Below, one piece after another: positions 33,859 to 47,303 of a stretch of DNA of 64,000 bases; positions within the stretch are counted from its first letter, which is position 1; each line of letters opens with the position of its first letter. This stretch comes from Trichodelitschia bisporula (taxonomy: Eukaryota), in contig ML996707.1 in the NCBI GenBank assembly GCA_010356995.1, positions 372,001 to 436,000 of the forward strand, read 5' to 3'. The notes beneath the pieces are model-generated. The model searched no databases. It saw only the letters and a list, made by a program, of their open reading frames with translations, and was not told the origin of the DNA. A program made the position numbers and the translations under genes.

Positions 33859-35118
33859 GACTGCGGCCGTGGATTACTAGTAGAAGATAGCCTGATAGGT
33901 TGGGTTGCGAGATGAATCCCTATTATACGGCGTCAAGGCAGCGTCTAGGGCCGTGAAGTCGAAGTAAAGACTACCGGAATCAATGGACGAGAAGTGGAAA
34001 GGGACCGAGAGATTGAGCCACAGCTTCGACAGCGAAGCAGTAAAGGGTGGGAAGGAGAAGAAAGCCATTGTCACGGCGGAGAGCAGCAACCGCATTAAGA
34101 GTTATGTACGCCACAGCCCCCAGCTGTAACGCCGTGAATGTCATAATGGTGTTGCATCCAAACTGCTCCGGACCGGGTAGAGAGTCAATGAGTCTGGTTT
34201 GTTGCAATCTCGAAACGAAACTGTACCTGTGTCGCATTACAGCTGGAGGGCTCGCCGTCTTTGACGGGGCCGTGTGACGCTCGGCTCTCCCCAGAAGGCA
34301 TTTAGGTGAAGTAGGCGTCTACTCAAACTTTCTTGGATTCCCCAGCATTCTAAGTGCCTAGAGTTATGGATGCTAACAAGATGATTAAGAGGTTAGATTG
34401 GATAGCGCTTCTTTCATCGCGCTGAGGCCCGGCAAGGAATAGGGAGTACGGGGTTTGAAGAGGTCGGATGGGGAGCGTTCCGACGTTTGATCGTTTGAGG
34501 CCCGAAACACGACCCCCCACCGCCACCCGGGACGCCACCATCCGCAAGGCTATCACCGTTCATGATGCAGGTTCCGATCAGGAAACCGAAGCAAAACGGA
34601 AAGCTTATTGTTAAAGGCAGATTGCCCGGTGGGAAGAAAGTGTTCAAAGTCAGAATGGGATAAGGCGAGCCAGCCTTCCAAACCTTGGGACCGTCAATTG
34701 GTCGCTCCTCCAGCCTTCCCTTTAGTCCCTTCACTGCCAGTATCAGATAAAGCTTCAGCAACCAGAAGGTCAACCTCAAAGCAGTCCAGCCCTAAATAGA
34801 CCATGATTCTGGGCACTCCCCCAGCATATCGTGCCAGGACCGCAAAAGCAGCAGTCGATCTTCGCTTTGATGATCACAAGGTAAAGCAGAAGTCTAATCT
34901 GATGCCAGCCTCTCATATCCACATCTTGAACGTCTGATGCTCCTTCACAATCCAAAGATCATCAGCTCCATGGCAATATGAGAATCTTCAGCTGAACGTA
35001 CCATCTCGAAGGGTATTGCAATATCGCCGCCCATGACCGGACGCAACTCCATGCGCTTGAACGCCGCATCGATGCCCCACCCCACCATCTCAGTAGCCCA
35101 ACGTCATGCTCATGCCCG

Positions 35119-35678
35119 CTAAAAGTCAAGCACAAGCTGCGGCGCCAACTTCTCCAAATCCTCAACCTGCCCCTCATTAGCCCATCCCCACCTTCACGGC
35201 GCGCACTAACCTGCAAGAACCCCGCATCAGGCCCCATATCCCCCGCCTCCCTCTCCGCCGCCCTCCTCTCTTCCATCGCCCGCGCAATCGCCTCCCTCAC
35301 AAACGTCTCCACATATTTCCCCACAACACTCATAGCCTCCGCCCCAATCTTCGTGCCCTCGTCCTCGAACCCATCGCGCAGTAACCGGGCAAGTAGCTTC
35401 TCTGGTATCGGCGGCGGCTCGTCGTCGTCTACTATCCCGCGCCGCGCGGGCCGAACCTCCTCCTGCTCCTCGATCTCTGATCCTTCGGTCGAGCTCGCAT
35501 TTTCGTCGTCGGAGGCAGGTGCGGCGCGGGCTTTGCCCTTCCCTTTTGCGGTGGACTTGGTGACACCGCCGCTGGTGCGCGCGCTGGTCGCTTTGGTCCT
35601 GGAGGTGCTAGCCGCGGCGGGCTTCGCGACTGGACGCGGGGGCTTGAAAGGCGCGTGGCTGGCGCCTTTGGGAGGCAT
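35119..35678 (-). CDS. MHF2: CENP-X/MHF2 histone-fold protein; one 3' intron
   Basis: IPEKLLARLL..GF....TKI...A...VGKYVETFVREAIARA...FLQ|VEDLEKLAPQLVLDF*. Confidence 0.9.
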
Positions 35679-35814
35679 GATGTATATGCTCCGTTTGGAG
35701 GTCGTATGGAAGCTTGCGCTACTTCTTTGCTAGTAGGAGAACGACAGAAACTTTGCAGGCGTTTGAGGGGTGGCGCTCGCTACGCCGTAGAATGGGGCCC
35801 TTGAGAAAGTGGAT

Positions 35815-35865
35815 GCGCGTTTGAGGCGCGTCCAGCAACGCGTCGCATAAAGAAAGTCACGTGAT
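35815..35865. promoter_or_regulatory. MCB-like (ACGCGT/CGCG) and Cbf1-type (GTCACGTGA) motifs upstream of MHF2
   Basis: GCGCGT at 35815 and 35826, ACGCGT at 35838-35843 and GTCACGTGAT at 35856-35865. Confidence 0.45.
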
Positions 35866-36296
35866 TGATATAGAGACAGCAACCGTGAGTGAGAGGAACC
35901 GCTTCGCTCGCTAAGAGCCTTGTGAACCATCAATGCCAGTGGCCTATTACTAGTTATGTTATCTCACTTTTGTTACGAAAGAGTCCAGAAGGCTGGAACA
36001 TTGTTCGAGCCTCTCCGACGCGATTGACGTCATCAGGCCAGCACCCAGAACTGCATTAATCATAAAAGGCAGATGCGCTCCGCCGCTATCGTACACATCT
36101 AGGGAAAGAACACCTGCCTAGCCAGACCTCCATCACCGGATATCTAGAATGCGACCATAACCGTTACGCCGAACCCATGCTGACGCCATGAAAGATACCC
36201 GAAACCTTCGCGACAACCCCACTCACGCAAAGACACGCAGTAAGTAAGAGGGAAAGGGGACAGACCAAGATACAGGAGAGTTACCCCGATCAGCGA

Positions 36297-37619
36297 TCAG
36301 CGTTTGAATATTGCGGCGAGGCTCTTGCGTTTGCCGAGCTTCGGGGGACTGCTCTGAGGAATAGGCGGCGGCGGTGGGATTCGCGGAGTCTCGTTTTTGC
36401 TAATAGAGCTTTGCTCTACAGCAGCCGCCTTCCCGTTACTGCTCATGGGTGACTTGGAGCCGTCGTGGTTCGGGGGAGCGGGGGAAGGGGTCATGCGGCC
36501 ATCGGCACGCTCGATCGAAGCCGGAATCGCCGGGACGGCGGGATCTGTGGGTTCCGATGTTTTAGCGGATTTGTTTGACTTGAGGGACAAGATGGATTTG
36601 GCGGAAGATTTACGATTAAGGTCTTTGATCGACGGCTTTTTGCCCCCCAGGAACGACTTGCGCTTCTGCGATGCTACTTCACGCCCCTTCGCTTCTTGCT
36701 CTTTCTTCTCCGCCTTGCTCTTCTTGCGGGAACGGCCCGTCAGCGCACGGCGGATGCTGGGAGTAGTCTCTTCGGTATGGATCTTCTCCTGGCGCTCAAT
36801 CTCGCCAAATACGGTGGTGCCTCTCGTCGCGAGGCGTTCTTCCGGGATGGCCATGAAGCGCACGACTCCGCGCTCCGGCGGAACCTGAAGCAGCTCTGCC
36901 ACATACTGCTGAAGCAGGTAGGCGTTGCGCTTGTTGGTCACGGGCTGGACATCCACCGGAATCGTGGAGATGGCGAGGACGTAGGTGGGGTCAAAGGTGC
37001 CACCCATGAGCATGCAAAGGGAATGCTCAACAGTAAGGTGGATGTGTGCCTCGGAACGGCGATAACGCTGCGCTAGGTAGCTGGACAGGCCGGTGATGAC
37101 TGCGTATTCATCTTTTATCTAGCGTTCAACGTTAGGTAAAGCGGGTACGCACTCGGAGAGGCTCACGATGACGTTGCTGCGAAGCTCGACCACAACGGGC
37201 GATTCCCGGCGGACGCGCTCCTTGACATGGCTGACATGGTCCTCCTTGTAGGCAAACTCATCCTCGAAGTACTCAACCCGTTTTTTCGCAGCACTATCGC
37301 CAGACGTGATGGCCATTTTGTGCTCTTCCCCCACTAACCGCGGCCTTGCTTCAATGACTTCCACTTGTACCGCTGCGTCGAAGCGGGCTTCAAGAACCGG
37401 GTGGTCGTACGGGTCGATGTCAGCTGGGAGATTGTGGAATGAGAATCCAGACAGCGCACGCGAACGCTCTTGGCCGTCGCCGTGCGCCAACGAAAGTATC
37501 GTCTCGGCAGTAGCAGGTGAAGTTTCACTGCGCTCGCTCGGCGATGTGGATGAGTGTGTCGAATAGGTGTCAAGAATATCAGAGTTAACGGAAGAGTCTG
37601 AGCCAAACGAAGTCCTCAT
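36297..37619 (-). CDS. MIF/tautomerase-domain protein (fungal type); intron ~37166-37119; start codon uncertain
   Basis: SPVVVELRSNVI|IKDEY...LAQRY.R...I..TVEHS.CMLMGGTFDPTY.L.I...QPVTNKRNA...RGVVRF..I.E..LAT.G.T. Confidence 0.85.
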
Positions 37620-40244
37620 GGTCAACGAAACCAGCGCGCCCCAATGCGGTGAATGTCGGACAAATTCCAAAAAAAGCGGCCGAGCTCAACGGTCGCGGGG
37701 TTCCGCTGATACGGCGCCGAGAATAGCGGACAACGTCCTGTAGGATCAAGAAGGCGCACAGAAGCTACGACGCTGATGATCGGGTTTTCAGCTAAGCTGT
37801 CTTCGTAAAAGCTATTCCTATGCAAGTGTGGTGGTCGAAAGATGGTTGGTTCCCGGTTTTAACGGTGGGAGGACAAGTGCTGAACCGGGATCGAGGATGA
37901 TGATGTGTGTCTCCGATGGGTCGGCATCGGGTGGTGTTTTCGTCTGAATGTGCGCAACGAGCGGTAGACTACTGTAGGGCACTGCCGTCGATGTGGCGGG
38001 AATGCTTCACCACAGGGGATGAGGGATGATCACGATGAGGGGAAGTAGGAGGAAGTACGGATGGTAGTGAGAATGGTAACGACAAAAAATGACCGCAGTA
38101 CTTGCTTCAGACGTATAGCAGTACTTCAATGCACTTCCACTTATATCATAAGTGGTGAGGGAGGAAATGAAGAGGAAGAAAGATAGGACGCCCTTTTCAC
38201 GATGATGGCTTCACGGTACGACATAACCCCGACCATTCCCATGCCCGGCACTTACGCCCCTCTTCTTACTACTCCTCGACTTTGTTTGTTCTTGCCGCAC
38301 ATTATTCACGCTTGACTTCTTGAGGTTGTGATGTGAAAAGCACGACCCGCATCACACGCCTTACTACTTTGCGTTAGCACTGTGCGGCGTTCCTGGTCCA
38401 GTGGAGTGGTGCGGGCTTGCACCCCCTGCGACGACCTCTCCGTACCTCTTCAATTGACCAATAAGCAATCAGACGAGTTTTCATGCCAAGGCCCCTGAGA
38501 AGCGGGGGGCTTTTGTGCCGCGAACCGGAAGACAGGTCAAAGACATCTCGGTACGTGCCCTCTGGTCCTCCCGCTGCAGTTCGATGCATCTGCGATGAGA
38601 TGACAGCCGACGTTTGAGCAACTCATCTGTTCGACTTTGACGCGCTTCACAAACCTTCTGCAAAAAGGCGTATGCAGACAACCGCTGTCGGTCGTCGACC
38701 TCTAGACGCGGATAGCGACAGCTGGCAGCCCCCCACCGGCCTCACCCCTTCCAGCAAATTAAAAAGCCTCAGAACCGCGTTGATGCACTGGTCCTGTGTA
38801 TCTATTGACGGGAGATCAACTTCAAGGATCAGAACTCCTGAGCAATACGGATGTAGCCCAGTGAATTAAGGGCCTTGGTCTTTCAGCTGAACAAGAACTT
38901 CAGCTTCCAACGCGAGCCTGTATCCTGCATCGTCTCCTATATCAGACTTTTCTCAATAGTGTGGCGAAGGGCGCCCTATCATACAGCCCCCATCGCGCAC
39001 AAGAAGACTTCATCCCCCCTGAACCTCTATCCTGGATGTCCAACTGCATGCTGCCGTCGGTCGCGAAATCCGCCACTGGAGTCTTATCGCCTTTATATTC
39101 GCATCTGATCGTAGCCCTTTGCATTCGCGGCTTGAGCCTTGGCCCTTTTAGTTTAGAGCGATGCAGTTAGGTTGATCGCAATCTGCTATTGGCCTGGTCT
39201 AGGCCAAAAAGTAGCTGTCTGGATTGCGTCATGGTGGCTCCCGTAGTTCACTTCCGACTTTGGGGAGATCTACAAACCGCCGAGAATATTTTGTCTTGCC
39301 AGTTAAGGCTTACCAACAACCTCAAGCCTGACAGAGATCCCTGAATGCCTGAAGACGAAGGATTATTCCCGAAAAGCCTGGAGCTCATCGGATCAATTGA
39401 CTCGTATGAGTTGAATTGGTAGGTATCCGAATGCAACCGGTACTCCTGATGCGCTCCGTCCGCTGCCGAACCGTCAATCAGGGGTTTGAATGGATGCTAC
39501 TCGACGATGCGGACAGATGTGGTAACTACACATTGACGTCGATGCTCGTCACACCGGATGTCCGAGGAATATGAAAAGCCCATATCAAGTCGTTCTTCCC
39601 GAGCTTCTACTCTATATTCTACGAAAGGCCGTACACAGCGATCATTGAACAGAATTATCTTCAGCATGGACGGTTCGCCATATCAGGATATCGATCGAAA
39701 AAACTCGCTGATTATTGCTTAGGTGACAGTTCGGCCAGAGCCATGGAGCGTGGTGCTTCAACGTAAAGCTACGGGACCAGCCAGTTCGTCTGTTGACTCT
39801 TGAACAGAGCCATCAAAAATACCGACTTTACGGATGGCATATACGAAGATTGCGCGCCGGTTGTGGTGCGACAACTCCCTGGCTAACCTCCAGTGCTGAT
39901 GGCCTTTAGGAGCCGATGGGCGAAAAGACATCGGGCGATCCACCTCCAGCCATGAGCCCAAAGGGCTCCATTGGAAAGCATTTCATGTGTCCGCAGCACC
40001 CCTCCCTGGAAGCACAAGTGCTGATTATTTCTAGCCGAAGGGAGCATAGGCCGAGCCGCGCAAAAGAGTAAGGATAGAATGATTATGAATAAGTCTGGTG
40101 ACAACGGAGCATCTGCACCTATGTGGGAGAGGCATTCTGGGACTAGGAACTAGAATATACTACTACGTAGAGAACTGGTCTCGAGCATCCCAAAGTTGCT
40201 TCAAGGGAGGTTCCAGCATCAAACCAAACCTGTTGTCCATATCA

Positions 40245-40254
40245 GTCACGTGAT
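40245..40254. promoter_or_regulatory. Cbf1-type E-box upstream of SWC5
   Basis: GTCACGTGAT ~100 bp before the ATG. Confidence 0.4.
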
Positions 40255-40354
40255 AGGGCGCTCGGATAGAATCCGTGAACCTTAATTCCGCACTACGGGC
40301 AGCGAATGAGTCTTAGCTGCGGCGCTTCCAACGACTGCAAGTCAACAACTCACG

Positions 40355-41417
40355 ATGCCCCCGCCGGTGGAAGATGACGAGATTTACGATTCCGCCTCAG
40401 ACGGTGACTTCAACCCCGATTTGGTCCTAGCGGATGCCGGATCCTCCTCGGACGATGAAGACGCAGCACCGCGCGTGAAGAAGGCGGCACGGAAGCGCGT
40501 CCGTGATGACGACACCCTTCCCGACGCCGAGCTTGACTCCGGAGACGAGGCTACAATACAGGAGAGAAAGAAGAAGCGCCGGAAAGCAGAAAGTGATGCT
40601 GCCGAGGCTGATGATGAAGTGCTCTCTGATGGCGAAGGCGGGGAGGGCGGGTTTGTCAAGACGCGGGCACAGCGGCGGAACGAGTACGCCATACCTGCTG
40701 GATTCCCACGGCGCCCTACTGACTACCTATAGAGTACAGGAACGGAGACCGCTCGCTCGAGTGGACGGTGCCACTATTGACGTCGATGCGCTTTGGGCGC
40801 AAATGAGCAGCGCCCCGGTCGGCAAGCCTCCAGAGCCGCCTCCTGCCCCTCGCGAAAATCCCGGCGATTACATTGTGATCAAGCGCTCTACGGCCTTTGC
40901 GGGCCAGGTCACAACGGAGGAGCGGCGCGTGCTTAAGTCATCCAAGGAAGCGCAACTGTACCTAGCGGAGCAGGAGGCGCTCAAGAAAAAGGAAGCCGAG
41001 AAGGAGGCGGCACAAGCTGAGGCTCCTATGGATGATCGTGACGGCCCGAGCCGCCTACCGCTCAGACGGCCTTTGAAGCGACCTCAACGGTTTGAACCGA
41101 ATCCATCTGGACTAGTTAAAGGTCTCCCAGCCCACCAGCAACTGCGGTGGCCCCGAAGCAAGCCTGCCGTCTCAGACGCGGAGAACAGTGATATCCAAGG
41201 CGTACAAGTCAGGTCGAACCTTGCACCTGCGACAAAGCTCAACACGGTCGATAAGTCGAGACACGACTGGGCTGGCTTCGTGGACAAGGAGGGTATCGCG
41301 GACGAACTGGACGAGTACGGGAAGAGCAAACAGAACTACTCAGGCAGAGCGGACTTCTTGAATCGGACAGAGCACAGGCGCGAGCAAGAGAGGAGGGCGG
41401 CCAAAGCCAAGGGCTAG
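40355..41417 (+). CDS. SWC5: SWR1 complex subunit Swc5 (BCNT domain); intron 40684-40732
   Basis: Acidic N-terminus YDSASDGDF.P, ELDSGDEATI, GGEGG..KTR, FAG...E, and a C-terminal BCNT motif KLNTVDKSRHDWAGFVDKEGI.DEL...Y..R.DFL.R. Confidence 0.92.
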
Positions 41418-41922
41418 TCAGTTGTTTGGGCATCTTGTTGCTGGCGTTTGGCTTTGTGATACCCCGGTTGTTCACGCTTCTTCGCTTATATCTGCTGGTC
41501 TCTTGTTGGTCTGAAAAGCGGACATGTTTTGACGGAGAACTGAAAGTAAAGGTACGCTTTCAGCATAGGAGTAAGAGCGCTACATGGAAACTATGAGCTA
41601 GTAGTAATATTATGCAGCTCCTAATCGTGCTATGCAGACTGCAGTGCCCCGATCGGCGGTCCGACCCCGCTTGTGCTGACTGGAGCTGTCCGATGAGGGG
41701 TAGCTGCCCCCGCCGCCTGTGTGGCAGCTGCTACGAGGTATGTGCAGACACGTCTCTCTTCAACCTCAACCAGTCAAAGCAAGAAATATCTTGAGCACCA
41801 GGAAAAATCAACACTGTCTGAGCGGCGTCTTCAATCAAAGTTTGCGTTCTCGCACTTCAGCCTCGCGGCCAACCTCGTTTCAAGCTTCTAAACCGTATCG
41901 CCAGCTTCATATTCGATCCAAA

Positions 41923-42948
41923 ATGGCTTCAATGATCCCTCTCATCACACTCGAAGGTATCTACTCCTCTCGTCTCCAAACCATACCCTAATCCCCCGTA
42001 GAGCACTTCTTCTCCACCGCAATCGGCACCCCCCAAACCTACGCCGAAATGTACAAGCACCTCCCGGGCGTCGAAGACAAACTCCACGACGTCAGCGACC
42101 TGCGCCTGGCCGAAATGGCCAAAGGCGCCGTAACCAAGCAAGTCATCTCCCACGCCCCCGGCATGGGCGCCCTCTCGCCGTCCGACTGCTCTAGCGCAAA
42201 CGACGAGCTGGCAGCCAGCGTCCGGAAGCTCCCCAGCCGCTTCGCCGGCTTCGCGGTGCTCTCGCTCCGTGACCCTGAAGCGGCGGCGGCCGAGCTGCGC
42301 CGTTGTGTAACGGAGCTCGGGTTCGTGGGCGCGCTGATCGATAACCACGTCGAGGGGGTGCACTACGAGGGGTCCGCGTTTAAGCCGATCTGGGCCGCGG
42401 CGCAGGATCTCGATGTGCCGATCTACCTGCACCCCGTATTCCCGACGCGCGAGATGCAGACGCGGTATGCGGGGGAGATTTCAGTGGGCGCGGCGAGTAG
42501 TTTGGGGACGAGTGCGTGGGGATGGCACTCGGAGACAGGGCTGCACGTGCTGAAGCTGTTTGCCGCGGGGGTGTTCGATGAGTTTCCGCGGCTGAAGATT
42601 ATAGTGGGGCATTTCGGGGAGATGTTGCCATTTATGCTGGGTCGTGTGGTGAGGCTTTCGCAGAGATGGGGCCCCCGTGAGAGGCTGTTTAGGGAGGTGT
42701 ACCGTGAAAATATTTGGGTTACGACTAGTGGGGCGTCGAGTGATTGGGGGGTTGATGCTATGGGGACGATTCTGAGGAATACGAAGATGGATCACATACT
42801 GTACAGTGTGGACTATCCGTTCGCGAAGAATGAGGATGGGCTTACGTTTATGGAGGAGCTGCGCGAGAGTGGGCTGGTGACGGAGGAGGAGTTCAAGGAT
42901 ATCGGGTATCGGAATGCCGAGAAGCTGTTGCGGATAACGGTCGACTGA
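41923..42948 (+). CDS. Amidohydrolase-2 family (2,3-dihydroxybenzoate/ACMSD-like decarboxylase); intron 41957-42001
   Basis: ITLE|EHF, NDELA, RFAGFA.L, GFVGALI, VPIYLHP, GVFD.FP.LKIIVGH.GE and YSVDYPF. Confidence 0.92.
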
Positions 42949-43156
42949 GGTGGGATGGCCCGAGGCACTGGGTCTACTCCCTTGCATGGACGAGAGTTGC
43001 TCGATAGCATGGGTGGGTCAAGTTGCGTCGAAGCGGACAGAATGGGAGTACGAACTCATGGCATGGCCATGCAAAATTATGTTTCCTAGGTTCTCCAAGA
43101 GTGATGCCCAAACCGGCATGTCTACAAACCAAAAATTTCCGTACCCTATGTCACTG

Positions 43157-45962
43157 CTAACCAGCAGCCTAAGGAAGTTAGCTGGGAACTATCGAATGCG
43201 AGCTGAACGGTACCTACCAAGTTCAAAAACCACAACAGCCCCACCAATGCCCCAAACCTCATCTTGACATTCCTCACCTCGACCCTTTCCGTTTCGTTCT
43301 CCGTAACAGGCAGTCCAGACTTCAACCTGGACAGCTTACGCTTGCCAACAGGCCGCTCCGAATCAGACGGCCTCTCCACAACCGGCCCGTCAACAAACCA
43401 CTTAGCGAGGATATTGCTCGCCCACGAGACATTACTGCACATCCAGAAAAAGATGGGCGCGAGCAGTGCAAGCTCCACGTACCGATCAGCCAGGCTGCGA
43501 CCAGTACTCTGGAGTAACCCTATTCTTAATATGCCCTTTCCGTCCGCCGCCATCAGCAGGTGGTTCTGCAGCGTCAAGGCTTCCAGGGAGCACCCGCCGA
43601 GCCAGGCTAACGGCGGGCTGTAGTAACTCCGTAGCAACGAGGTCGAGTTTCGCAAAACGACGAAGGATAAAATGGGCACCCAGGCAAGGATGGGTTGCCA
43701 CCAGTTGTAATCCGCTTCGTCGGGAGAGGCGCGCGTGAGGATCCAGAAGACCGGAAGCGCGATTGCTGCGAGGATGGCGAAGATGGTGCGGAGGAAGGGG
43801 AAATAGAGCCAGATGAAAGAACGTAGCCGATCGCCGCTGGACTTGATTAGCAGTTGCAAAATGGACGAAATAGGGGGCATACCGGAAGTACTGTGGAGCG
43901 TCGAGAGCCTGCCGAGTCCACACTTGCAGAAATGCCACCAGCATGCCCACGTGGACGATGTACTGATCCAGAGAAACCCAAGTACGCCAGGCAGATGCAT
44001 CCCAGCTAATCCCAAATGCTGTGCGTAAAATGTGGAAAATTAAGTCTGTCGGTTCCGACCAGAAGTGGAGAAGTTGGCAGAGGATAGCTGAGATTATCAG
44101 CTTACCGAAAAGCCAAAATGGCTCGCTATTCAAATGTGATGCAACACGCATGGTAATCCAGACAACCAAGAACCAGAAGGTCAGGAGAGCGGCGTAGAAG
44201 TAAGGAAGGTAGCGGGTGTACATGAGGTAAGTCATCAAGCAGGTGAGAACATTGAGCCTGATGAGCACCGGAGCAGCCCGGCTGAAGGAGTAATCTGCCC
44301 GTTCATAGAAGTAGAGCGCATAACGGTACCCCAAGATGAAGAGGTATGAGGCGATGAGAAGTCTGGAGACTTCATAGGCCCAAAGCTCCTTGGTTGCATT
44401 GGTCCAGTTGAAAACTGTAAAGATTAGTGCACGCGGCGGGAAGAGTGAAGGCCGCTTACCGAGCATAAAAAGTGCCACCACGCCCTTCATCTCCTCCAAT
44501 ATTTCAACTGGAAGAAATGCATGCTGGGCAATATCCAAAAGCTCATCGGCATCCTTCCGGAGCGGGGAGTTCCCGGTCGGCCGCAGGTACAAAAGACCGC
44601 ACACCAAAGGGACGAGGAAAAGAAGCTTGAAATCTGACGGACGATAAAGCTTCGCATCTTTCTGGAAAAGAGTAGATCGATCCGCCAAAAAACTGTAAGC
44701 AAGGGCCACGCCAATGACGGCCAGCGCCTTGATCGGTACTTTCAGTTGGAAGTCGTGCTCTCCATGTTGTCAGCATGGTTACGTCGCTGAGGGGGAAACT
44801 TACTTCCAGCTGACCACAAAGCGGCAATGGGTAGGGCCGTGATGCTGACAATAAAAATGACCCATTGGAGCCAGTTGCCGGAAGTATAATTACTGCAGCA
44901 TGTCCGCTCATACGGTGCGCCCATGGAGCTGTCGACCTTATGGTTGCACCTCAAGTTGAGGAGTACGTCGGCTCTTAGGTTGGCGATGGTCTCGATTACA
45001 TGCAGCCCGCTCTGTTCATAGCTCCATTTCTTGCTACTCATCACGGACCAGACCCAGGGGATATTCACCCCTTGGGAAGGATCCAGCTGGTGCAGATATC
45101 CGTTCATCTGCTCGATTTCCTGCGGTTCAATTGAGCGTTGTCTGGCCGGCGACAACCGTTCATACAGAGGCTCCTCCACCGGGAGAAAGAAAACCAAGTC
45201 CCCGAGGCCCTCGAACCCAGCGGTGAACGGGTCAGTGGATTGCCAGGCGGCGCCATCAAGCCGTTGGGTGTAAGCCAGGACATCGTCCACGGCCGACTTG
45301 AACCGACGGACCGCGTCGGAATCGAAATGCCTCGCATAGGACATACCGCTTCCGATCACAATCATAATGGGGACATTGCCTTTGCTAGCTTGCGGGTCAT
45401 TGATGCTCTTCGAGTACGCCTGCAGCTCCGTGAATAAATCGCTGCTGTTGAGGAAGGGATCCGGTATGAAGTCCAGGCGTACATCTCGAGATGTGTAGTT
45501 GGTGTTCGAGTACTTGTTGCTCAGCTTCTGCTTCTTCAATGCGTCACCCTTGTCCAACTTTTTCGCCGTGGTCCAAAAGAGTTGGCGCACGGTAGAGTCC
45601 CCAGCAAACAGGATTCTTCTTGTGCTGCAGTGGGAGATATCATCGCTGTTGTACTCGCGCAAAAAGCATCCCAGCGGTTGCCATGTCTGGGGCGGATGTC
45701 TGACGGGACGGGAGGCGGGTAGATCGAGCCATCGGCCTTCGTTCATGAGCGCACTGCATTTGTAGGGATCGTGGACATCTACGGCTGTCAGTAAATTCCA
45801 ATGCGCGATTGAACGCAACGTACCGAGCGCATAGCGACGATGCAAGGCAGTGAGGAGCACAAAGGCCGTGAGAGCCAAAAGGCTAGGCCGGAGGACGCTT
45901 GAGAGGGTCCAAGATCTCGTGGAGGAGGACTGAGGTACAGCAGTCGGCGAGAGCTTCCCCAT
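43157..45962 (-). CDS. CAS1: Cas1p/CASD1-family O-acetyltransferase, multi-exon
   Basis: DPYKC.AL..EG.W, WQP.GC, GDSTVRQLFW, GLHV...A...ADVLLNLRCN and TCC..Y, then a multi-TM domain with EEMKG, YF..L.TFW and LRN. Canonical introns reconcile all the frame changes I checked. Confidence 0.88.
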
Positions 45963-47303
45963 TCTTCACGACCCTGCTAGGCACGCGACCCTTGTCCACA
46001 CACTGAAGTCGAAGAGGGGGCGCAAATGCGCGTCATTCAGCATCGAATCTGCAGAGACGATGACTGAGACGCTGTGCTTCGAGGTATTGCAGCAGGGAAG
46101 GTTGTAATCAGACAACTTCCCCTTTCGCTCGTACAATGGGAGACTACGGGCAGTCATGACGCGGCCTTGACCTGGGACCAAAACGAAAGCGGGACGGATT
46201 TCTAGTGCCAATCAGGTCTGACGCAGCCAAGAATCCAAGATGCACCAAACCCTCAAATCTTTGAAGGTTTGGATGGGGCAGTGATAAGGTGATGTGTCTT
46301 GCGGTGGAATTAACGCTCGAAGGCCTGCTGGAGGCTTTAACAACGGGCTCCGAAATCAGAGCATGGCATTTCCCATCATCCCGTGATCTTCACGATAAAC
46401 TTCCTCCTACTAATTTATCTGCAGCCAGCTCCAGTGCTGCTCCAACAGATTCCTTCAATTCCAGGAGCCTCAAAAGCGTTGCTATATATGTATCGACAGA
46501 TAAATTACGAGGAGGCCGCTGGACAGGTATCGACCGTCACCGTACTCAAAAATCGTCGAAGTTGATATGGTCTCGTGCACACAGTGCATCCAGCTCCAGA
46601 CCTGCCAAAGGGAAGCGAGGCCGAGCGAGGCAAGAGACGTTGGATGTCTACGTGGGTGCGAACAACGGTTCGGATGGCCCTGTCTACAGCTTGAGATGGT
46701 CTTAGACGAATGCCATACAGGGTAGAGCCGCTTCTGTTCGTAAATCTCAAGCGGCTGCAAAGGCCTACGGCTGAGGGTTGGTGAAGTTGAGAAGATTTGC
46801 AGGCCAATTTTAGGAAAGCTTGGTCATTGAGTGGAGCATCACGTGCTGATACGGGCACTCGTCGTCGGTATTCCGGCCCGGAGCCGGATGGAGGAAGCCA
46901 TCACGGGTGCGTGGGTATGTCTTGCCCAACAACCACGAGGCAACCGCATGCGACGGTAGGGAGAACCGCACGAGACGTCCGGCCTGCATCACCGGACCCA
47001 AGGTCGCATCAGCAAGGAAACTACATTCGCTCATGGAGAGGTATCATATCAAATCAAAAACACTCCGAACCCGAAAACCAGAGAGCGACACGAAAGCCTC
47101 CTACCCATCAACCCGCAACATATACTCCCAAGCCCCCAAACATCCGAATCAGCTTTACTCCTGCGGGGGAGGGATGGCATCAATGCGCCCGCTTCAACTC
47201 CCTTAGCACCAATGCAAACTCCGCCTTGAATGCGTACAACAATAGGAAAAGCATGATTCACGGGCAATATACATATCCAATTCATTCCATGTCGTCGTTA
47301 TCA

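Noticed and set aside
37896..37946. ATGATGA...CTGA as a C/D snoRNA
   Set aside because: Only ~50 nt, no terminal stem or recognisable rRNA guide, and antisense to the upstream region of the MIF-domain gene.
43157..45962. CAS1 as CRISPR Cas1, or as a frameshifted gene
   Set aside because: It is the fungal Cas1p O-acetyltransferase and shares only the name. The frame changes coincide with canonical introns (e.g. GTATGC...CTAAT...CAG near 43882-43837).
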